Below, piece by piece: positions 61,586 to 64,000 of a stretch of 64,000 bases of DNA; within the stretch, counting starts at the first letter, position 1, and every line of letters begins with the position of its first letter. The DNA lies in assembly GCA_010405405.1 (NCBI GenBank), contig MU004232.1, positions 577,481 to 641,480 on the forward strand, in the 5' to 3' direction. The notes below the pieces were generated by a model. The model was not told the origin of the DNA, searched no databases, and worked only from the letters and a program-made list of their open reading frames with translations. The translations under genes and the position numbers were made by a program. The stretch is from Microthyrium microscopicum (taxonomy: Eukaryota).

Positions 61586-63127
61586 TTCGAAGACTGATGG
61601 CAGGAATGTATTTGGCAGGTAGTAGGTGGTAGGTGAAGTTGAGTTGATTTGGTGTAAGAGGTGCAAGAACCCTGCGGGTGTGCTTTGATTAGACTAAATA
61701 AGGTTTGAAGGACAGTATTGGAAGTTTTGATGAGAGAAGACCGAGAGTGGATGTTTGATCGGATGGTGGAGTGGATGGAGCGAGAGGGAGAAGAATTGAA
61801 GAACAGGATGGGTCGAGAGATTTTATACCATCGAGGACGGAACTTTCTTGGCACCAGTTACATTAAAGGTGTGTCCGGTGACATATCTACAGCAGTGAAT
61901 ATGGCTAAGCGGGAGTTTGAGGTGGGTTTTTAGTGAATTGGTGTCGATGGTGGAGCGAGGAAGGTGGATCGAGGCAGGCGCATTATACGATTGAAAGAAA
62001 GTGACCTTCTTCAAGAAAATTAAGGTTGCATATATAAGAACATGACGGCAGGGACTAGTTTGGTCTGTAGCTTCCAGATATAGACGCGACAAAGCGAGGT
62101 GACGAGAATATTACATTTCCTGACACCTCGAAAGCACCTCAAGGAGGACAGACGCAGACCAGAAGCGCGTTATCTTCGTGGAGAATAACAGTATCAAGAA
62201 CATGCCCAGCCTTAAACACTGTAGTCTACTTGCTCCATGATCTTGAAAGCGCTCGTTATCATGAGGTCTCCAGCTTCTCCGCCTTCAAATGCGTCGCAAA
62301 TAGCTGGGATCAAAATGTGCAGAGAAGACGCATGAGGACGTCAGGGACTGAAGCAGAGCCTAGGTCAGAAAGCAGGCGAAAAGAACCTCAATGTAAGAAG
62401 AAGATAGCTTTGTGCAAAGCGCAACATGGATAGTAGTTTTATCTAGTAAAATGGTCGAACGACTTGTCAGCAGCGGCTCTTATCAATGGTATCTCACGTT
62501 CGGCAAAGAGGAGGGAAAATGGAGTCTATATGATCCTTTTATCTTCACGAGGCTATGGGATCAATTGCTATTCTCCTTCGCGCAAACATAAGCACACACA
62601 AACATGATACTAACGCGGCACACCGTTTGAAAGCGCTCGTGGGTCATATGGTGTTCCAAAACCCTGCTTTCTGAAATGACGATGGGCGATGCGCTATGCG
62701 CTCGCTTTTTGGAATGATATCGGGAATGCCTGATAAACGTAGGTCTAGTTCAACACCAATTAAATGACCTCTGTGATCAGCGGTGCCTCCTCCAGATACT
62801 ACGACATGAGCGGCTCGCTAGGTTTTGCCGTCATGTTTTAGTATCGATAATTGACAATTACAACTTTGAAAGAAGAGAAGGTGACTGGTTGGTCGAGCTT
62901 TTGATCAGGTAGTCAGGCCACTTACAATTACCATGATCAAGTCGTCAGCTGTCGCTAAGAAAAGCGCAGTCATTGCTGTGCTGAGCCTTATATATACCGC
63001 TATCTGTGAAGTCAAGATCAAGAGAATCCCGAATCAAGTTATCTGCTCGTCTAAAGTTATCTGGTCGACAGACAACTTTCAAGAGGGCCTGCTTGTTCAC
63101 CGAATTGAACATCTTTATTGCTTCCCT

Positions 63128-64000
63128 ATGCTTCGACATTGCAGTCACTCCGCTGTTCAATTTGAACCATCCCAAGAAGCCATAGATGCTGGCTTTGACT
63201 GGCAAAGTGAATCAGAGCGGGCCAAGGCGGCTGGTACAATCAAAGCTGAGAAAGAATACGAAATTCGAGAAGGAAATCCTGAGCCAGGCACCAAATTGAA
63301 GTGGTCGAGGCAGTCTAAACTTCCAGATGAAGAACCCTATTTTCCAGCCCCGGTTCTGCTCACACGCAAGGAGGTTGAATCAAATCAGAACTGTCCCTAT
63401 CAGTCTCTGGAAAATTGGATAGCGTCGAGAAGTTCTTGGTATAGACACCCAGACAAAGAGAATGTGTACATTGCATGGATGGAGGCAAGTTATGCTAAAT
63501 GATCTTGGTTACGGTACTTACCTTTTTTTGATAAAGCTCGGTTGTCAACTAGCATTTATAAGGGATCTTACATATGGCAGAAAGCGCATCCGAGAATTGA
63601 TGTGCCATTGCATCGTTACTGCCCATTGTAACTGACAAATCGATAGGATCCTGAAGGGCCTGTCGCTTCTCTGGAATCATGGATCAAGCCCCAGTTTGAA
63701 TCCCAGGAACAGATTCACTCAAACAAGTTCGATAGCGATGACCTCTTTTTCTACCTTAAAGATTTCTACTATCCTCGTGGTTTCAAACTAATCGGAGGGA
63801 AACTTGGTCTCACGCTTCACTATCGCCATACAGTGGATGAATTACTGAACGACCGGGGATGTATTGGCATGACGTGGAAGGAGGCATTCTTCCCTATCAG
63901 ATACAGAGAGTGTCCAGATAGGTAAGTAGACGAAAACACCGACGCAACTGATGATAAAACATCTTGACATCGAAACCAGTTCCTCCAAATTGGCAAAGTC
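63128..64000 (+). CDS. Fungal archaemetzincin-like (peptidase M54) protein, 5' part only
   Basis: CSHSAVQFEPS..A..AGF, FPAPVLL......CPYQSL..W, NVYIA, YLKDFY and IRYRECPD resemble the N-terminal half of fungal archaemetzincin-like proteins. Probable GC-AG intron ~63485-63646. The catalytic HEXXH is not in the window. Confidence 0.55.

Overview
Filamentous ascomycete genomic DNA (spliceosomal introns with CTAAC/CTGAC branch points, RIP-type mutation). It has three zones. (1) 1-10.3 kb is an AT-rich, RIP-mutated transposon nest: a hAT DNA transposon (8-bp TSD) sits inside a small non-coding LTR element (TRIM-like, 212-bp LTRs, 5-bp TSD, self-priming PBS), which sits inside a Gypsy element. (2) 11.9-40.8 kb holds mostly conserved genes: an 11-intron RAD5/RAD16-type SNF2-RING ATPase, a GH125 mannosidase, DAD1, a ModF-like ABC ATPase, a possible Zip2/SHOC1-like gene, a 1006-aa hypothetical, an MFS transporter and a NirA-like Zn2Cys6 factor. 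(3) 41-64 kb is accessory-looking: foldback-like GCGC satellite arrays, a 19-bp palindromic minisatellite, a TetX-like monooxygenase, a co-oriented tandem family of unknown BTB-like genes and pseudogenes, and an archaemetzincin-like gene cut off by the window end. Two observations stand out. All seven long introns of the SNF2 gene, and none of its four short ones, carry a 19-bp-periodic palindrome (CCATCG-N4-CGATGG) whose unit reappears as a ~17-copy array about 27 kb away. The tandem gene family shows birth-and-death evolution with conserved promoters. All calls are by eye; no database searches were run.
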